A stretch of DNA of 52,650 nt. It comes from a virus. Lineage: Duplodnaviria > Caudoviricetes. Shown here piece after piece: positions 36,944 through 45,874 of the stretch (positions are counted from its first letter, which is position 1; each line of letters opens with the position of its first letter). The position numbers were made by a program, and so were the translations under genes. Under the pieces are notes generated by a model. It made no database searches. It worked only from the letters and a program-made list of their open reading frames with translations, and was not told the DNA's origin. The stretch is from positions 1 through 52,650 of the IMG/VR virus record IMGVR_UViG_3300046789_000054; one strand, written 5' to 3'.

Positions 36944-37521
36944 GTCGGCCAGGCCCTGCCCGCGGCGGGCCAGTCGCAGCGGCAGACGCCGCAACTCGTG
37001 GTGTGGGTTGGGAGGTTCTGGCAGTTACCGCCGTAGTAGTGGAGGAGCTCATGGCCGCAGGTGCAGTGCGGTGCAACGGCGCGTCCCAACAGACATGACG
37101 GGGTCACCAACCACTCCCCGCGTTCCATCCGGAACACGAACACAGGAGCCCCGTCATCGACCGCTGAACCAACGATGATCGACGTAACAGCCAGCGGCGG
37201 GCACCACTGCCCCGCATAGCGGTCCGTACGGGTGAGGACGTCACCGACCCGGACCTCCGACGCGATGACGGCCTCGAACCCCGGTGGGGGGCGCAGGGCG
37301 GCGGCCTGATCGGCGCGGATCGCCTTACACGAGACCATCGCGTTAGCGGCGGCGAGGCGCGTCTGGTACATGCCCTGGGTCTTCTCGGCGCCGGCCAGGG
37401 CGAAGGCCCAGTAACGGTGGTAGCGGCGCTCGACCCGGCCAATGAGGGCGTCGTCGGCGTACACCTCCCACACGCCGGTGCTTACGCGCTTCAGCGTGAC
37501 GGTGGCAGTCATGGCCGTCAC
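36940..37521 (-). CDS. Hypothetical protein with C-terminal Cys/His cluster
   Basis: GTGA coupling; 'CTCGH...H...C...C..C.C'. Confidence 0.6.
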   Translation of the reverse strand: MTAMTATVTLKRVSTGVWEVYADDALIGRVERRYHRYWAFALAGAEKTQGMYQTRLAAANAMVSCKAIRADQAAALRPPPGFEAVIASEVRVGDVLTRTDRYAGQWCPPLAVTSIIVGSAVDDGAPVFVFRMERGEWLVTPSCLLGRAVAPHCTCGHELLHYYGGNCQNLPTHTTSCGVCRCDWPAAGRAWPT

Positions 37522-37778
37522 ACCCGCTCGAACAAGCGGTCGGCTTCCGCGAGCATGTCTTTGCGGCCAGCCTCACTGAGGAACCACGCAGCACTCTGCT
37601 GCGCCTTGTACGCGCGGTACGCGGCCAGTTCGGTGATGTCTGAGGTGCCCTGCCACGAATACCAGCTCCGGTCGAGGTGCTTCCCACCATGGCCACGGTC
37701 CAGGTAACAGGCGGGTCCGGCGGGCTCACCGTGGTTGTCCATGGACTGTGCTCCGCACGTGAGCTTGAGAGGCTTCAT
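37518..37778 (-). CDS. Hypothetical protein
   Basis: AAGGAG RBS, first gene after promoter. Confidence 0.65.
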   Translation of the reverse strand: MKPLKLTCGAQSMDNHGEPAGPACYLDRGHGGKHLDRSWYSWQGTSDITELAAYRAYKAQQSAAWFLSEAGRKDMLAEADRLFERV

Positions 37779-37798
37779 GGTGTCTCCTTGGTGGGGAG

Positions 37799-37848
37799 GT
37801 TCGTGTTTAACACGGTACAGCCCCCAACCCTCCGTGTCAAACACGAAC
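37799..37848 (-). promoter_or_regulatory. Sigma-A-type promoter with twin operators
   Basis: Minus strand TTGACA(37835-40)-17-TACCGT(37812-17); 17-bp inverted repeats 37799-37815 and 37832-37848. Confidence 0.8.
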
Positions 37849-37849
37849 G

Positions 37850-39403
37850 CTACTGAAACCGCCGCGCCACACCCACACCACCACGCCGAATCACCGCCCC
37901 ACCAACACCCCGCACCGACCGCCGATCAACCCCCGCAGGAGACCCCACCACCACCCCCGTCCCCGGCAGCGGCAACAGGTCATACAACAGATACACCGAC
38001 GCATCCAACCGGCCCGGCGACTCCGCGGAGTCCGGCATCCACGAACACCACTCTTCCTCCAGCTCAGGCAGATACGCACCCAACCTGGCCCGGTCCTCCA
38101 CGAACTGCTGCGCGATCGGCTCCGCCCGGAGAAGCTTCCCCTTCCGTGCCCGCACCGACACAACCCGCGGCGGCAACCGGTCGAACAGCCCAACCGTGTC
38201 CTCACCCCGCAACGCCACCCACGCTGTACGGACCGCGAGGACAGCCATGTCCCCGCCGTAGTTCGTCTCCACGACCACCCGGTCAGCGTCCAACTCCGCC
38301 GCCAACCTGCACGCAGCCCGAGCCCACGCCTCCGACGACATCACCGCTGACCGGTCAGCAGTCACATACGCCCGCTGGTCCTCACCGAGGAACCCCCCCA
38401 CGACCCCAGCTGTGTCCCGGCCACCACCTGACGGGTCCACCGCGACAGCGGCCCGCACAACCCCCGTAGAAGGTGGCAGATGACGGCGAGAAGCCAGCAA
38501 TTCCCTCGCAATCAGCGCACCCTCGACCGGCTGCGGGTCACCCTGGTAGATCGATGCCCAGTCCCGCACCGTTGATGTGCGGCGCTTCGCAGCCCAATGC
38601 GCCGCCGCCGCCGCCACATCACCCGTGGGGATCTTCGGGTGCGGCAACGGGTCGCCGAACTGGCGGCCCAGCGGGTCATCGGCGGCGGTCGCCAACGCCG
38701 GCATGTGCCGCACACGCCACCGCCCCCCGTCCGCTTCGTTGCCTTCCTTCGTGACGAGCCGCGCAGCGAGGTCATCGTCGTGCCACCGGGTCAGGATCAT
38801 CACTACCCGAGCGCCCGGGGACAGACGAGAATCCGCCGTTGAGGAGTACCACTCCTCGATCGCGTCCCGGGTGACCCGGGAGTCCGCCTCCTGACGGTCC
38901 TTGTGCGGGTCATCGATGAGGAGCAGGTCACCGCCGTGGCCGGTCAGCCCGGAGCCGATCCCGACTGAGCGGACGCCACCGCCGGTCACCACGGAGAAGT
39001 CCTTCATTGACCGGGACCCGAACTCCAGCTCCAGCCCGTACCGGGCGCCGTAACGGCTGATGAGTGTGCGGATGTTCTTCCCCCGCTTCACGGCAAGGTC
39101 GTCACCGTAGGACGCGATGATGATCCGTGCTGTGGGGTGGAGGATCAGCCACCAGAACGCCGTCCACTCCACCGCCAAGGTGCTCTTCCCGACCTGCGGT
39201 GGGGTCGTCACGAGGAGCGCTTCGCAGGTGCCCGCTTCGATGTCCGTGACGTCGGCGGCGATGATGCGGAGATGGGGGCGGTCCGCGACGCCCGGGTCGA
39301 GGGACACCGCCAACGTCAACGGGTCACCGAGCTCCGTGGGGCGTTCACCGGGCGGCGCGAACCTCGCCGCTGCCCGGGCGAACACCGCCTCCGTCACGTT
39401 CAC
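37850..39403 (-). CDS. terL: Terminase large subunit
   Basis: Walker A 'TPPQVGKS', Walker B 'LLLIDDP', 'TRWHDDDL', nuclease 'AVDPS' and 'SPGRLDA'. Confidence 0.92.
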   Translation of the reverse strand: MNVTEAVFARAAARFAPPGERPTELGDPLTLAVSLDPGVADRPHLRIIAADVTDIEAGTCEALLVTTPPQVGKSTLAVEWTAFWWLILHPTARIIIASYGDDLAVKRGKNIRTLISRYGARYGLELEFGSRSMKDFSVVTGGGVRSVGIGSGLTGHGGDLLLIDDPHKDRQEADSRVTRDAIEEWYSSTADSRLSPGARVVMILTRWHDDDLAARLVTKEGNEADGGRWRVRHMPALATAADDPLGRQFGDPLPHPKIPTGDVAAAAAHWAAKRRTSTVRDWASIYQGDPQPVEGALIARELLASRRHLPPSTGVVRAAVAVDPSGGGRDTAGVVGGFLGEDQRAYVTADRSAVMSSEAWARAACRLAAELDADRVVVETNYGGDMAVLAVRTAWVALRGEDTVGLFDRLPPRVVSVRARKGKLLRAEPIAQQFVEDRARLGAYLPELEEEWCSWMPDSAESPGRLDASVYLLYDLLPLPGTGVVVGSPAGVDRRSVRGVGGAVIRRGGVGVARRFQ

Positions 39404-40143
39404 CCGCCGGCCACCGCGAGGAGCCTCGTGGACACGACCTGCATCGCGTGGGGGTCATCACCCAAACCCAGGTCATCGAGGATCGACTGGACGGCGGTCG
39501 CAAGCATCCCGGACACCTGGTGGAGGACAGCGTCTTGTGTCTTCGCGAGGCCCGCGTTCACCGCTGTCATCGCGAGGTGAGCAGCGAGGCGGATCTCTCG
39601 CTCTTCAAGGTCACGGAGCTGTTCGAGGGCGCCCTTGATCATGCTGAGGCCCATCCCTGGGACCCACGGTTGGTAGATCCCGACGAGGGCACCAACGTCC
39701 CCCGTGGTGAAGACCTGGTTCAGTCTGGTCGTCGCAGCAGCCAGGTCGGGGGCGATCTGTTCCTCACCGCGGCGGACGTTCTCCGCGCGGGTCGGGTCCA
39801 GATGCGCCGCGGTGGGATCAGCGGTGAGGACTTCCACGAGGGACACATGCCCCGCGGCGACCGCAGCGGAGTAGGTCCGTACGCGGAGGCTGCGTTGTGT
39901 CACGAGGCGAAGCAGGAACTCAGCGGGGTCCGCGTTGACGGTGTCGGGTAGTGACCAGTATGCGGCTTCGACGCGGACACGGCCTTCGTGGGCTGCGGCC
40001 AGTGCCGATTTCCCGGCGTGGAGCTTGCATTTGTCGGTGCCGGAGAATGCTGGCCGGTCGCAGAGCTTCGGGGGTTTGCTGCCTTTGAGGTGTCCGGTGC
40101 AGCCGCCTTTACCTGCGGGTTTGGCTGGGTCCAGCGGTCTCAT
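39400..40143 (-). CDS. Terminase small subunit (putative)
   Basis: N-terminal 'C..H......C...A.....CKLHAG'; coupled to terL. Confidence 0.7.
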   Translation of the reverse strand: MRPLDPAKPAGKGGCTGHLKGSKPPKLCDRPAFSGTDKCKLHAGKSALAAAHEGRVRVEAAYWSLPDTVNADPAEFLLRLVTQRSLRVRTYSAAVAAGHVSLVEVLTADPTAAHLDPTRAENVRRGEEQIAPDLAAATTRLNQVFTTGDVGALVGIYQPWVPGMGLSMIKGALEQLRDLEEREIRLAAHLAMTAVNAGLAKTQDAVLHQVSGMLATAVQSILDDLGLGDDPHAMQVVSTRLLAVAGG

Positions 40144-40148
40144 GGGGT

Positions 40149-40763
40149 TCAGTATGCACGGGTAGAGGCGCCGGGACTGGCTGATCGAGGCTGGCAGCTA
40201 CCGGGCCACCGGGTCAACGGGGCGTCAGCCGGGGCGTACAGCGGATGCCGGGGCTGCCCCGCCTTCGTCACACCGACGGTCCAGAGCTGGACGCCGTGCT
40301 GGTCGAGGAGCCGTGAGACGCCCCGACTCCGATCGCGGTGGGCGCCATGGGCACCCCACCCGGCGATCCACAGACCACGAGCGAGTTCGGGGTCGGCGGC
40401 AACAGCGTTGAGGACGGCGTTGTTGACCGGGCCGACCGGGTCCGGGTGGGTGAGCATCACGGCCGGATCGGTCGCTCTGAGTCCGAATAGGTTCACGATC
40501 GCCATGCCGCGGCAGCCCCACCGCTGGGCGAACCCACGGCAGCGACGCGCGGTCGGGTCGGCGGTGAACGCGTCGGCCGTCGAGGGGTTGAGCATCACCC
40601 ACACCGCGACCCGGCCGGGCTCGGTCGACCAGGTCCGGGTCAGCACGTACCGGTACGCGCGGTCGGCTGAGAACACCGCCGTGTCCCAGCCGGCGAGGTC
40701 CCCGGCGTCCACCGCCAGGCCGAGTGCGCGCCAAGCTGCGGCCAAGCCGATCCCGATCGTCAC
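40149..40763 (-). CDS. DUF1643 family protein
   Basis: 'YRYVLTRTW', 'MLNPSTADA...DPT', 'NLF', 'PRHPLY'. Confidence 0.85.
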   Translation of the reverse strand: MTIGIGLAAAWRALGLAVDAGDLAGWDTAVFSADRAYRYVLTRTWSTEPGRVAVWVMLNPSTADAFTADPTARRCRGFAQRWGCRGMAIVNLFGLRATDPAVMLTHPDPVGPVNNAVLNAVAADPELARGLWIAGWGAHGAHRDRSRGVSRLLDQHGVQLWTVGVTKAGQPRHPLYAPADAPLTRWPGSCQPRSASPGASTRAY

Positions 40764-41578
40764 GGCGCCCCACCGCCCCGGATACTCGCCTCGGTAGCGG
40801 TGGGACGGATGCGCTTGGGGAACTCCGGGTTTCGTTTGACGAAGATCAAGAAGTAGGAGTGAGCCTTTCTCGCGTGCTCCTGCTTGATCATTCGAACGAT
40901 CCCCGGGCTGTTCGTGCGAACGACGACGAAGAGATCCTTGCAGTAGAAACGTTCGGCCCAGGCATTGATCAACTCAACGTGAGTCAGGCGCTGACGGTTG
41001 GCACTGACCTCGTCCTGGCACTTAACGATGAACACGCCATAGTTGCGCAAGCAGCGCCAGGCCTCTTCTCCCGCCTTGAGGTAGAGATCGAGAACGGCAT
41101 CATGGTATTTCGGTGCGCCCTCAACATGCTCGGTCGCCTTGCCGCTGCTGTAGCGGTCCCGGAAGGCACCATGGGATCCGTCGCCGGCCATCTCCTTCTC
41201 CGACTGGCGGAAGAGTCCCTCCATGTATGGCGGATCAAGAACCAGAGTATCGAGTGAGCCGTTCTCGTAAGGGAGGTCGCGGCAGTCCACGCCGGTCTGG
41301 ACATCGGTGCCGAGAACCTTGTAGAGCCCCTCAGGCACATCGCGCCAGAAGGCTCCCTTCCCCCACGTAACGTCGGCGATGGTCGAGCCCTCAGGAACGA
41401 AGAGCCGCAGAATGTCTCGAAACAAGGGTGCGTTCTCACCGATCTGAACGCTGGTCACGACCTTGTTGGTGCTCTCACCGTCAGGTCGCTTGCGCCCACT
41501 GGGCAACCTCGGTGACACAGAGTCCTCCCAAAGGGGCACGTTGCCGGGGTCGACCCCGCGTGATCTGGCTGCGGTCAT
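40760..41578 (-). CDS. DNA methyltransferase-like (amino-MTase)
   Basis: 'ADVTWGKGAFW' motif I-like and 'VLDPPY' motif IV. Confidence 0.75.
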   Translation of the reverse strand: MTAARSRGVDPGNVPLWEDSVSPRLPSGRKRPDGESTNKVVTSVQIGENAPLFRDILRLFVPEGSTIADVTWGKGAFWRDVPEGLYKVLGTDVQTGVDCRDLPYENGSLDTLVLDPPYMEGLFRQSEKEMAGDGSHGAFRDRYSSGKATEHVEGAPKYHDAVLDLYLKAGEEAWRCLRNYGVFIVKCQDEVSANRQRLTHVELINAWAERFYCKDLFVVVRTNSPGIVRMIKQEHARKAHSYFLIFVKRNPEFPKRIRPTATEASIRGGGAP

Positions 41579-41907
41579 CGCTGTTGGAAGTAGACGGCGG
41601 GGAACACTCCACGCCCTCGGACGTTAACACGGTCCATGTGGCCGGGACGGTGAGGTCCATCCTCGAAGCAGGAACTCGGGTGGCAAGGGTTCCACCGGTA
41701 CAGACCGGGGATGACCTCGAGGGCAGCGACGCGCTCGTAGGCCTCTTTCTCAGTCAGTACCGGATCTTGACCAACCGAGATCCAGCCGGCCAGGAACGGT
41801 GTTGCTTCGTCAGGGTCCACGGTTCCAGCTACCAGGAACCCGAACTCAGGTTGATGGTTGTCCTCCCAATCGTTGCCGATTTGGTGGACACGAAGCTCGG
41901 GTGTCAT
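41575..41907 (-). CDS. Hypothetical protein
   Basis: ATGA coupling. Confidence 0.6.
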   Translation of the reverse strand: MTPELRVHQIGNDWEDNHQPEFGFLVAGTVDPDEATPFLAGWISVGQDPVLTEKEAYERVAALEVIPGLYRWNPCHPSSCFEDGPHRPGHMDRVNVRGRGVFPAVYFQQR

Positions 41908-42155
41908 TGCTGCTCGCCTTCCGTGGTCATCCCTGTGCTGTTCCTGGCGAGCCATCCCCGGCCGAACGCCGTCAACGTGAGGTAGTCCAGGCGCAGCCGC
42001 GTCGGTCGGTAGTGCACGCCGACGTACCCGCGGTCCATGAGCGCCAAGAGGGACGGGTCGTTGGGAATGGGGTCTTCGGCGGCGAGTTCCCACTCGTGGG
42101 TCGCGACCCGGCGGGCGCAGGCAATCAGTTCGGGCGTTGGCTCGAGGTCGGTCAC
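41904..42155 (-). CDS. Hypothetical protein
   Basis: GTGA coupling, GAGGA RBS; 'LTLTAFGRGWL' wHTH-like end. Confidence 0.55.
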   Translation of the reverse strand: MTDLEPTPELIACARRVATHEWELAAEDPIPNDPSLLALMDRGYVGVHYRPTRLRLDYLTLTAFGRGWLARNSTGMTTEGEQQ

Positions 42156-42322
42156 GTCGGTTCCTCTCGGGGTCGTCCGGGTGTCCAGTCGCAGGGCGGG
42201 ACCCGGTAGCCGTGCTCGATCATCAGATCGTGGTACCGCTCGGCCTGGCCGGGTGGCCCGAGAGCGATGTGGTCGCGGTACGCCCGGCCCCACAACTCCC
42301 CCGGGCTCGGCTGGCCAGTCAT
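42152..42322 (-). CDS. Small hypothetical protein
   Basis: GAGGAG RBS before ATG 42322. Confidence 0.55.
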   Translation of the reverse strand: MTGQPSPGELWGRAYRDHIALGPPGQAERYHDLMIEHGYRVPPCDWTPGRPREEPT

Positions 42323-42485
42323 TCGTGTCTCCTCGGTGTGTCTGTTCGCGGGCCGCGCGTCCGAGCATGGGCTGCGAAGGCGTCGGGTCGCGCTTCCAGG
42401 ATCCCGGCCCGTAGGTCCTTGGTGGGGTTGGTGCGCTGGTTCCGGGGAGGTCTGTTCGGCGCTGCCCGGAACCAGCCTACACACG

Positions 42486-42514
42486 ACTCTACTCTGCACT
42501 GTCGGTACGGTCAA
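42486..42514 (-). promoter_or_regulatory. Sigma-A-type promoter
   Basis: Minus strand TTGACC(42509-14)-17-TAGAGT(42486-91). Confidence 0.7.
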
Positions 42515-42526
42515 CTGTAGAATCGT

Positions 42527-43105
42527 TCACGACGCCTCGCAGCAGTCGAACAGCGAGGCGGGGGCCTCGGGCAGGGGAAAAGACAGCTCGGGCAGCGGTT
42601 CACCAGCCTGGTAGTTCGGCGCAGTGATCTCCCAGCGGTACCGGGCGACGCCACCAGTGGCCTTCTCCGCCCTGGGTCGGCCCGGCATGTTCCAGCCGCC
42701 ACGAGCGCGGAGTTCGGCCACGAGCCGCCACCCAGCGGCCCGCAGCGACGCACCAGATTCACCGGCCTGCGTGTAGGTGACCGCGCGCCGGTACCCGCCC
42801 GCGCGGGCCATCCGCCAGCACGCTCCGTACAGCAGGGAGCAGGCGTTGCGGGTGCCGTCAGTCGCTACACGGGTGACCTCGATAGTCCAGCCGTCATCCA
42901 GCGCCCGGGCGACCGGCCGCCCAGCGGTGGCGACACCGACCAGACGCCCGTCGAGGGCCGCGCCAACCGCGAACCGGTAGCCCGCCGGCCGGTCGTGGTG
43001 GCGGTGGACAGCGTCGATGAACGCGAACGCCTGGTCCCGGTTCACCGGCACGACGGCCAGCCCGGTCTCGGCCACCGCACGGGTCGTCTGCAGTCCGCGG
43101 TTCAT
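42527..43105 (-). CDS. XF1762-like protein
   Basis: 'HRHH', 'GRPVARALDDG', 'EVTRVATDGTRNACS', 'TYTQAGESGASL'. Confidence 0.8.
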   Translation of the reverse strand: MNRGLQTTRAVAETGLAVVPVNRDQAFAFIDAVHRHHDRPAGYRFAVGAALDGRLVGVATAGRPVARALDDGWTIEVTRVATDGTRNACSLLYGACWRMARAGGYRRAVTYTQAGESGASLRAAGWRLVAELRARGGWNMPGRPRAEKATGGVARYRWEITAPNYQAGEPLPELSFPLPEAPASLFDCCEAS

Positions 43106-43938
43106 GCTGGGACCTCACGGTCGAAGAGGGCGGCCTGGCCGGTGAACGGGCGGTTGGACCACAGCACCTCGACACGGTTCGCCCACGACAGGCCGCCCTG
43201 GCCGGTGCCGGCAGGGAACGTGACACGGTGCCAGTCCGGATACAGGTCGGTGTCGTAGAGGTCCGAGGCGTACCCGGACAGCACCACCGCCGCCGAGCAG
43301 GCGCGCAGCGCAGCTGCGAGTTCCCGATGCTCGCCCTCGGTCCGCATCTCGCACCGGTACGCGTTGTCGTTCGCGCGGGTGAGTCCGAGGTAGGGCGGGT
43401 CGACGTAGAGCAGCACCTCCGGTGAGCGCCCGTACCGCTCGATCAGGTCCAGCGCGGGCCGGCACTCCAGACTCACCCCGGCGAGGCGTTCCGCGGCCGG
43501 CGCCAACCGGTCCACGTAGCCGCGCAGATAGCCCGGCATCGACGCGTTCGAGCCAGCTGGGTGGACGTAGTGCCGCCACCCCGTCCGGACGAGCCGACCC
43601 GTGCGGCCCTGCGTCAACCGCGCCCACACCCGCCGGGCGGTCTCCAGCTCGTCCGGAGGCTCCATCTCCGCGACCGAGGCGTCGTACTCCGCCCGGGAAT
43701 GCGGAGTCAACGCGCATACCCGGGCCAACTCCGCCGGGCGGTCCCGTAGGACCCGCCAGAACGTCACCACCGCCCCGTCGAGGTCGTTCACCGTCTCCAT
43801 CGCGGACGGCCGCTTCGCGAGCAGCACCGAAAGCCCGCCCGCGTAGGGCTCGACGTAATGCCCATGCGGCGGCAGCAACGCAGCGATCCGCGGCGCGAGC
43901 AGCGTCTTCCCGCCGAAGTAGCACACCGGGGGTTTCAC
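43102..43938 (-). CDS. DNA adenine methyltransferase (Dam/D12 class)
   Basis: 'YFGGK', 'YVEPYAGGLSV', 'YVDPPY'. Confidence 0.92.
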   Translation of the reverse strand: MKPPVCYFGGKTLLAPRIAALLPPHGHYVEPYAGGLSVLLAKRPSAMETVNDLDGAVVTFWRVLRDRPAELARVCALTPHSRAEYDASVAEMEPPDELETARRVWARLTQGRTGRLVRTGWRHYVHPAGSNASMPGYLRGYVDRLAPAAERLAGVSLECRPALDLIERYGRSPEVLLYVDPPYLGLTRANDNAYRCEMRTEGEHRELAAALRACSAAVVLSGYASDLYDTDLYPDWHRVTFPAGTGQGGLSWANRVEVLWSNRPFTGQAALFDREVPA

Positions 43939-44294
43939 GGCTGCACCATCCGGCGGAGCGCGGCGACGTTGGCCTGGTGCTCAGCGGTTGGCCGCATGCA
44001 CGCCGGGCACGCCGCGATGGGGCCCTCTCCAACGATGCGCCAACCAAGTGCCCGCGCGTCGCTGCGGAATCGGGAGACGGTCACGCCGTCAGCCGCCTCG
44101 ATGGTAACTCCGCATTCCGGACCGTAGGCCGCACCATCATTGTTCACGGGACGCCCAGAGCAGCGGAGCCGCCTCATCGGGTCATGGCAAGGGTCTCCCA
44201 GCGGGAGGTAGCACGACGCGCACAACCCGCCGAGGGCGTGCTTCCCGCCGTCATCGTTGGACGGGTCGTACGGATGGATCGGGTGGGAAATCAC
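43935..44294 (-). CDS. Hypothetical Cys-rich protein
   Basis: Coupled on both sides. Confidence 0.55.
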   Translation of the reverse strand: MISHPIHPYDPSNDDGGKHALGGLCASCYLPLGDPCHDPMRRLRCSGRPVNNDGAAYGPECGVTIEAADGVTVSRFRSDARALGWRIVGEGPIAACPACMRPTAEHQANVAALRRMVQP

Positions 44295-44605
44295 GTCGCG
44301 GTCACCGCCTCAGCGGTGAGGAGGTACCGCAGGGCCGCCACGGCCTGGGGTGGGATGACGCCGTTGCCGAGGAGCCGCAGCATGTCGTTCACGGCCACAC
44401 CGGGAACAGCGGTGACGTGCCCGGCGGGGAGCATCATCCACTCGACGAACACCGGGTTGAGCTTCTTCCCGCCTCGGGTGCCGGTGATGGTAGGTGGTGG
44501 TGCTGGCCGGCCAAGGGCGCGCTCGTGGCGTGCTATCGCGGCGGTGTACTGGTTCGGTCCGCCTTTCGTGCCGTCCGTCGCCCTCGGTGTGGGTAGGAGG
44601 TCCAC
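44291..44605 (-). pseudogene. C-terminal fragment of a C5 cytosine methyltransferase
   Basis: 'LLPTPRATDG', 'LNPVFVEWMM.PAGHVT', motif X 'LLGNGV.P'; no upstream motif I or PCQ catalytic motif. Confidence 0.65.
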
Positions 44606-44612
44606 GATGGCC

Positions 44613-44810
44613 TCAGTGGTCGCCGCGGACGACCGCGGCGGTTTTCCGGCCGAAGTGGAACCACTGCCCACATCGGTAGGTGCGGGCGTGGCGAACGTTG
44701 CCTTCGGCTTTCATCGCAGCCTTGGCGGCTGCCCGCGTCGGGTAGCAGCACTTCCCGCATTCGTCGCACCGGCCAAGGTGCCGACCGCGCGGATGATTCA
44801 GCGTGGTCAC
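44613..44810 (-). CDS. Small zinc-finger-like protein
   Basis: 'CGKCCY.TR..A...YRCG..WFH'. Confidence 0.65.
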   Translation of the reverse strand: MTTLNHPRGRHLGRCDECGKCCYPTRAAAKAAMKAEGNVRHARTYRCGQWFHFGRKTAAVVRGDH

Positions 44811-45226
44811 TCGGTGCTCCCAGGGACGGCGTCCGCGTCAGCGGGCGTGTGGATCACTGTCAACGGGCCAAACGCAGAATCCAGTGCTTCCCACGAAACC
44901 GGCGCCCGTTCAGCGCGGAACGCCTCACCCAGCGGGACCGCGGCGAACCAATAGATCCCCTCTCCCATCGGAGCCGACTGCCAGGCACGGCCAGCGCAGT
45001 CCAAGGCCACGCTGCGCACCACCGGTTCCTCCGGCGAAAGCTGCACACCCAGCCACGCCGCCGCCCTACGGGCCAGCGCCTCGTAGTCAGCCTGAGCGTC
45101 CTCGAAGAGGGCTTCCCACGGATGTGAGCCGACCGATCCGCGATGCCGCAACACATTGTGCAACGCCCGCGCCAGCTGCTCTACCGACAGAAAGGTGTCC
45201 CGCTGAGCGGGTATCGTATTCGTCAC
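44807..45226 (-). CDS. Hypothetical protein
   Basis: AGGAG RBS, GTGA coupling. Confidence 0.6.
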   Translation of the reverse strand: MTNTIPAQRDTFLSVEQLARALHNVLRHRGSVGSHPWEALFEDAQADYEALARRAAAWLGVQLSPEEPVVRSVALDCAGRAWQSAPMGEGIYWFAAVPLGEAFRAERAPVSWEALDSAFGPLTVIHTPADADAVPGSTE

Positions 45227-45411
45227 GCTGGGTCTCCTGGGGTGTGGGTTAGGGAGTCGCTCTCGTAGGAGGGTGACATCATCTCTGTCCACCGCTCGGC
45301 GGGCTTCATGAGCTGGTGTTCCTGGGCGCGCCACTCAGCGACGCTGATCCACACCGCAGCAGCAGCGCACACGGCGAGCAGCGACAGGTAGAGCAAGGCG
45401 ACGGCCATCAC
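45223..45411 (-). CDS. Small membrane protein
   Basis: N-terminal TM helix; coupled. Confidence 0.55.
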   Translation of the reverse strand: MMAVALLYLSLLAVCAAAAVWISVAEWRAQEHQLMKPAERWTEMMSPSYESDSLTHTPGDPA

Positions 45412-45716
45412 GTCTCCCCGAGGTAGGCGCGGGCGACCCGCAGCGCGGGGGTGTCGTCCATGCCCGGGAGGTCGAAGACGGAGATCTCACGGCCATCGAA
45501 GTGCGCATGCGCGCTGGCGGCCGAGTCGAGCCAGTCCGCAACTGCCAGGGCAACCGCTGGGTGCCAAGACGCGATATGCGCGGCCAGTTCCGGAGCATCT
45601 CCGTCACAGATGTAACGAGCTGGATACCCGTACTCATCCTCGATGAAGCTGCCCTCTGCTGCCTGGGCCAGATCCCGCATCAGGGCGGCGGCCCGCCTGA
45701 GCAGGTCGGCGCTCAC
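45408..45716 (-). CDS. Hypothetical protein (Ead/Ea22-like)
   Basis: 'LRRAAALMR', 'AAHIASWHPAVALAVADWL', 'ARAYLG'. Confidence 0.65.
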   Translation of the reverse strand: MSADLLRRAAALMRDLAQAAEGSFIEDEYGYPARYICDGDAPELAAHIASWHPAVALAVADWLDSAASAHAHFDGREISVFDLPGMDDTPALRVARAYLGET

Positions 45717-45874
45717 GACGCCACCGCCCCGTTCGGTGAGGGCTCCGGGCATCCGCCCTTGCACACAGCCCGGTTCCGGCCGGCGATACGGAGAAGGTCG
45801 AATCGGGGGCCGCGGCGGAACACCAAATCCCGGCCGCACCAGTAGCAGACAACCCGCAGCGTCGAGGCAGTCAC
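45713..45874 (-). CDS. Small Cys-motif protein
   Basis: CYWC...CKGGC; coupled on both sides. Confidence 0.5.
   Translation of the reverse strand: MTASTLRVVCYWCGRDLVFRRGPRFDLLRIAGRNRAVCKGGCPEPSPNGAVAS

Noticed and set aside
3382-37825. CAGCCCCC shared by hairpins at 3382, 13849 and 37818
   Set aside because: Short GC-rich word typical of terminator stems; too little support for a repeat family.
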